Positions 18,792 to 22,436 of a stretch of DNA of 22,436 nucleotides are shown here, in pieces; the first letter of the stretch is position 1, and every line of letters starts with the position of its first letter. The stretch comes from Candidatus Hodarchaeota archaeon. GTDB lineage: Archaea; Asgardarchaeota; Heimdallarchaeia; Hodarchaeales; Hodarchaeaceae. The position numbers were made by a program, and so were the translations under genes. The stretch covers positions 1-22,436 of the forward strand of contig JAHQWW010000058.1 of NCBI GenBank assembly GCA_029856365.1, read 5' to 3'. Below the pieces are notes generated by a model. That model saw only the letters and a list, made by a program, of their open reading frames with translations, was not told where the DNA came from and did not search any database.

Positions 18792-18990
18792 GGGGACGTA
18801 GCGAAGCTAGTGGTCTTACTAAAAGCTAGCAAGACCGGACAAGTATCGCGCCGGGCTCCAGAACCCCCTGTGAACTCCACTGGGTTAACTGAAACTCATG
18901 ATGAAGTTCTGGAAAAATGAGGAAACTCGGTGTCACCTCTGCTGGTTGCAAGGTGTCCGAACATCGCCGGTTCAAATCCGGCCGTCCCCA
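18792..18990 (+). tRNA. tRNA-Trp(CCA) with three introns (about 18811-18842, 18862-18924, 18933-18962)
   Basis: Acceptor GGGGACG/CGTCCCC-A; D stem GCGA/TCGC; anticodon stem CCGGG/CTCGG with CT-CCA-G; T arm GCCGG-TTCAAAT-CCGGC; removing the three inserts gives a normal cloverleaf. Confidence 0.9.
18862..18924 (+). ncRNA. intron-encoded box C/D guide RNA of pre-tRNA-Trp
   Basis: D' CTGA 18889-92, C' ATGATGA 18898-904, D-like ATGA 18917-20; guides complementary to the host anticodon arm, +5 positions fall on C39 and C34. Confidence 0.85.
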
Positions 18991-19356
18991 AGTTCTTCTT
19001 TTCCGAGCTAGAATCTGTCCTCATTTTTTCATAATCATTTTTGATTTCTCCTATTAAAAGTATAAGCTTGTTGATAATGTTTCTCGCAGATAGGATGCGA
19101 ATTATTGTTTGAAGCTGATAACGCGTCATTAAGAGAATTCATTACTGAAAAAGTGCTACGATTATCGATTGTACCACAAGAATTGTTACTAAATTTTACT
19201 TCTGACACTTTGAGCTATAAGACTTCAATTGATCTGTAAATTGGTTGATAGAAAGCTCCATTAATAAATAGTCAGATATTATGGGATTTCCTAATTTCTG
19301 AATTAAATATGGAAAATCTAATTCTCTACATCGCATAGATGTTACTTTTTCCTAGA

Positions 19357-19495
19357 GTAATCCCGAATGCCGTCACAATAAATGGAATAGAGGCTGTCGG
19401 GTTACAGGCCACACGATGGAGACGAGTACTAGTAATGAGCTAGTTGCTGACCTTATATAAATAAAATTGAAACGCTTGTTATCAGTTTTTATAAC
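19357..19495 (+). mobile_element. IS200/IS605 (tnpB) 3'-end and right-end relic, copy B
   Basis: Encodes VIPNAVTINGIEAVGLQATRWRRVLVMS* (TnpB-tail pattern PNA...GIE.VGL.P), then hairpin AAAATTGA-AAC-GCTT-GTT-A-TCAGTTTT (19463-19489); homologous to 5108-5221 minus. Confidence 0.72.
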
Positions 19496-19712
19496 CTAGG
19501 GAGTAAATTAGGTTTCGCAAACAGATAGACAACCAGAATCCATTCCATTACACAGATAAACTTACACTGAAAAATGCGAGAAACAGAAGTAAGATTGTTC
19601 TAATCAATATTGTGATGCGTAAATAAAGTGAAAAAGCTAACAATAGTGTTAGGACTTATCAAGAACCCTGAAAAGAGAATAATGCCTCATTATCATAAGG
19701 AAGTGACTGTAA

Positions 19713-20015
19713 TTGCAATATTTACACGCTGCTTTGGTTCTACACTCGACAGGTAAAGAAATATCAGAAAAAGGAATTGAAGCGATAATAAAAGCTGCTG
19801 GTGGAAAACCAGATGAATCCAAAATTAAAACCCTTGTTGCATCGCTATCATCCATTAATATTGACGAAGCTATCAAAGGAGCATCATTGATGACAGCTGT
19901 GGTTCCAAGAACATCCGAATCTATCAAGGATGTGAAAGATGCAGCTGTAACTGAAGAAGAAGAAAAAGATGAGGAAGAGGGAGACGATCTTGGTTTATCT
20001 TCTTTGTTCGGCTAA
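19713..20015 (+). CDS. rpl12: 50S ribosomal stalk protein P1 (L12p)
   Basis: MQYLHAALVLH..GKEI, acidic hinge and C-terminal GLSSLFG; TTG start. Confidence 0.96.
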   Translation: MQYLHAALVLHSTGKEISEKGIEAIIKAAGGKPDESKIKTLVASLSSINIDEAIKGASLMTAVVPRTSESIKDVKDAAVTEEEEKDEEEGDDLGLSSLFG

Positions 20016-20022
20016 AAACGCT

Positions 20023-20042
20023 CCTTCTTTTTCACCTTTTTT
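20023..20042 (+). terminator. oligo-T archaeal terminator of rpl12
   Basis: CCTTCTTTTTCACCTTTTTT directly after the stop codon. Confidence 0.5.
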
Positions 20043-20301
20043 ATAAAACTCCTCCAGAGAATCAAATCGTTTTGACGCTGAGACAAAAAGATCTTTGTTG
20101 CTTTATATATTTTCAAACTAATAGATTATGTTATTTTTCAGATTATCCTCTGTTTAATTTTTTGATAGTCTATACTTGGCTAAGCTTGGAGACAATTTTT
20201 TAGAATCTTTTAAAAAAACTGACAAACATAAGCTAGTCAAAGTTAAAAGATATTAGGATATATTCCTTCCTACAAAAAAAACTTTTAATATATTTAAAAT
20301 T

Positions 20302-20406
20302 GGGCCAGTGGTGAAGTTGGTATCACGCCGCCTTCGCAAGGCGGAGTATTCATAGGGTTTGCCCTTGGATGACCGCAACCCCCGAGTTCGAGTCTCGGCT
20401 GGTCCA
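20302..20406 (+). tRNA. tRNA-Ala(CGC) with a variable-loop intron (about 20347-20378, position 45/46)
   Basis: Acceptor GGGCCAG/CTGGTCC-A with the G3:U70 alanine determinant; anticodon arm CCGCC-TTCGCAA-GGCGG; T arm CCGAG-TTCGAGT-CTCGG; 32-nt hairpin insert. Confidence 0.92.
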
Positions 20407-20441
20407 CAATTTTCAACATTAGTTAATTCTTGGAATCCCTA

Positions 20442-21533
20442 ATGTCAACTCAGGAGATTGTCACGAAGAAAAAATTGGTTGGTCAATCAAAGAAAGAATT
20501 TCTTAAAGCAGGTTATTCTCTTTGGAACGAGAATGTCAAATCAAATACCTTTGATTTCATTGCCAAAAAGGATATTTTGAAAGATTTAAGATCATATCCA
20601 CAAAAAATTGTTACAAAGGTATTAGTTGACTTAGATCTATTTAAAAAACAAGCCTCCATTGAACTACAGCTGATTTCAAAACTTATATCTGGATTTCCTT
20701 TGTTAGTAGCTCATTCCGCTGCAGGAAAAGAAATAGAGAAAGCGACCTTGTATCGGCGACATAGTGTTTCTGCAATCTCATTAAAAACATTACAATTGTT
20801 TTTTCAGTATGAAAAAGGTTCAAATACAACTAAAATTTCCAAGTTTGCCCATCGTGGTGGAGTTTTTGTCAATCTTTCAAAAGAAAAATTTAAAACGCGG
20901 AGAAAACGATTAGAACTTGACATGACCATTCTTGCTAAGAAAGTAGGAATTTCACGGCAATCACTTTACAAATATGAAAAAGGGGAAAGTTTTCCCAAAA
21001 TTAAGTATTTTAAAATCTTAAGTAACATCCTTGGAGACAATTTGGACATTCCCTTGGATATTTTAGAGAATCAATTTGAGAACATTAGTCAACATACATT
21101 AAAAGATTATAAACAGCCTAGATCCCAATTACAAAAGGAAGTTGCAAGTTATTTAGCAGATAAAGAATTTAATGTCCTTTGGTTTAAATCAGAACCCTTT
21201 GATGGCCTTTCTGAACCAAATACAGATCAATCTACTGCTAACATTCAATTAGATACTCTGTACCCGATGATTACTGGTGTAACATCCTTAAATGAAAGAA
21301 GTGATTCAAATAGACTTCTATTAATCAATAGTCTTTCAGGATTTTTACAAAAGAAAGCGATTTGGTTTTTGGACGATGAGGATAACATTGAAAATCTTGA
21401 ACCTTCTAAAGAATCTTCACTTCTTACTTTGGTTAAAATTTCAGATCTAGAAGGAATGGCTCTTATTGACTTTAAGAACATGCTAAACAAAAAAAGGTAT
21501 CCTGAAGTCTTAAGAGAGACGAAAAATGACTAA
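20442..21533 (+). CDS. COG1395-like archaeal Cro/C1-HTH transcriptional regulator
   Basis: FDFIAKK N-terminal domain, FAHRGGVFVNL, HTH LAKKVGISRQSLYKYEKG, PFD motif; start ATG 20442 or TTG 20430. Confidence 0.8.
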   Translation: MSTQEIVTKKKLVGQSKKEFLKAGYSLWNENVKSNTFDFIAKKDILKDLRSYPQKIVTKVLVDLDLFKKQASIELQLISKLISGFPLLVAHSAAGKEIEKATLYRRHSVSAISLKTLQLFFQYEKGSNTTKISKFAHRGGVFVNLSKEKFKTRRKRLELDMTILAKKVGISRQSLYKYEKGESFPKIKYFKILSNILGDNLDIPLDILENQFENISQHTLKDYKQPRSQLQKEVASYLADKEFNVLWFKSEPFDGLSEPNTDQSTANIQLDTLYPMITGVTSLNERSDSNRLLLINSLSGFLQKKAIWFLDDEDNIENLEPSKESSLLTLVKISDLEGMALIDFKNMLNKKRYPEVLRETKND

Positions 21534-21743
21534 TAATTTTGGTACTAATTAAATTCGAAAAGAAATTAAGCTGGATTCATTGCTCCCCATCCTGTAAATT
21601 TAATGATTGTGTTACCCCCTACACTTGCATTCCAAGTAAAGCACACAATTATTGCGTTTAAAAATATTACTGAGAAATCTTGGTCTAGAAATGGATCATC
21701 AGTCTAAATTCTCAACACTTAAGACATCTTAAAGGTTATATAA

Positions 21744-22199
21744 ATGTCAAAAAAACAACCTGAAAGAAATAAAGGGCATTTGTCCCGACTTCCTTGGATT
21801 CCTGGCTTAAAAAAACCTACAATCGATTTCAGGGTTCCAGATATCGAACTCCCTTATGAAGCTCCTCATAAATATATTTTGGCTTTAATACTCATTGCTA
21901 CTCTATTCATTTTAGCAGGTGGGCTTTATAATCTTACTGAACAACCATTACCAATGGGACAAACAGCCACTCAACTTGTACCAGTCTTTCGATCGTCAAG
22001 CGAACAATTTTTAGTTGAATCTCTTATAGCTGGACTATTTTTCGGATTAGGGGCGGGAGGACTATATTTAATTCGTTACTCAACTCGTTTTGCTTATGAT
22101 ATTAGGACTTCCATTACATTATTAATCTTGGGCATTATCATTACTCTTGTCGCAGCAGTCGGAACCACTGTAATGTATGACTTCAAAACTAGTCCGTAA
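21744..22199 (+). CDS. OST3/OST6-family oligosaccharyltransferase subunit, OSTC/DC2-like
   Basis: 151 aa, three TM helices, FILAGGLYNLTEQPLPMG and EQFLVESLIAGLFFGLGAGGLYLI parallel the GG.IY..I.EPP and QY..EGL..SFLF..GG.G motifs of eukaryotic OSTC. Confidence 0.75.
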   Translation: MSKKQPERNKGHLSRLPWIPGLKKPTIDFRVPDIELPYEAPHKYILALILIATLFILAGGLYNLTEQPLPMGQTATQLVPVFRSSSEQFLVESLIAGLFFGLGAGGLYLIRYSTRFAYDIRTSITLLILGIIITLVAAVGTTVMYDFKTSP

Positions 22200-22223
22200 T
22201 GCAACTTAATAACCATCCGTTTT

Positions 22224-22436
22224 GCCGGGGTTTAGTACATATCTTCATTTAGAGTACTCATGAAGTATTACTATCCGAGAGCCAAGCGGACGGGTTAGTG
22301 TTTATCCATTTCCCTGCAGTACGGCGCTGGCCTTGAGTTATTAAAGAGAATTGAAATGCAGCACTAGAAAGCCAGTGTACTTATTGTACTCGAGGGTTCG
22401 AATCTCAGGATGTTATTATCCTGAAAGAAAATCCCT
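22224..22436 (+). tRNA. tRNA-Ser(UGA) with at least four introns; 3' end beyond the window
   Basis: Exons: GCCGGGGT (22224-31) | AGCCAAGCGGAC (22280-91) | TACGGCGCTGGCCTTGAG (22320-37) | AGCCAGTGTACTTATTGTACTCGAGGGTTCGAA (22370-402) | TCCCT (22432-36); joined they give D stem GCC/GGC, anticodon stem CTGGC/GCCAG, long variable arm GTAC/GTAC and T arm GAGGG-TTCGAAT-CCCT. Confidence 0.85.

Noticed and set aside
11553-21490. ORFs 11553-11765, 13228-13422, 16344-16784, 18896-19129, 19649-19927 and 21245-21490
   Set aside because: Antisense to real genes or to tRNA-Trp, or low-complexity intergenic frames with no recognisable motifs.
21560-21705. Minus-strand CTGATGA (hammerhead or box C) and a start-less ~45-codon open frame
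   Set aside because: No GAAA core or flanking helices, no properly spaced D box, and no start codon or recognisable family.
22327-22375. Possible tRNA-Sec or UGA suppressor
   Set aside because: The anticodon itself reads UGA (decodes UCA, serine); tRNA-Sec needs anticodon UCA and different stem lengths.

Overview
AT-rich archaeal core-genome window, most likely from an Asgard archaeon (inferred from an OSTC/DC2-like eukaryotic-signature gene plus archaeal ribosomal, PAN, RpoL, NurA/HerA and KEOPS genes). It encodes uS8, aMBF1, PAN, an RNase III-like protein, RpoL, an orphan C5-methyltransferase with a COG4080/DUF2122 gene, a ribosomal block (eL32-eL19-uL18-uS5-uL30-uL15), NurA-HerA, eS1, Pcc1, a RecJ/GAN DHH nuclease, a COG1340 coiled-coil protein, uS15, RdgB, DUF434, P1/L12, a COG1395 HTH regulator and OSTC. 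The most unusual content is non-coding. Four of the five tRNA genes are interrupted by bulge-helix-bulge (BHB)-type introns: tRNA-Ser(UGA) has at least four (8/9, D-loop, 37/38, T-loop; gene cut by the window edge), tRNA-Trp(CCA) has three (one a C/D-box guide predicted to methylate its own C34 and C39), tRNA-Ala(CGC) has one in the variable loop and tRNA-Ser(GCU) one at 37/38. There are also two homologous protein-less IS200/IS605 tnpB 3'-end/right-end relics (candidate orphan omegaRNA loci), a tnpB N-terminal fragment, a degenerate tRNA 3'-end duplication (att scar), an apparent ACG start for rpoL and an unannotated 44-aa membrane protein. All family assignments come from motif recognition by eye; no searches were run.
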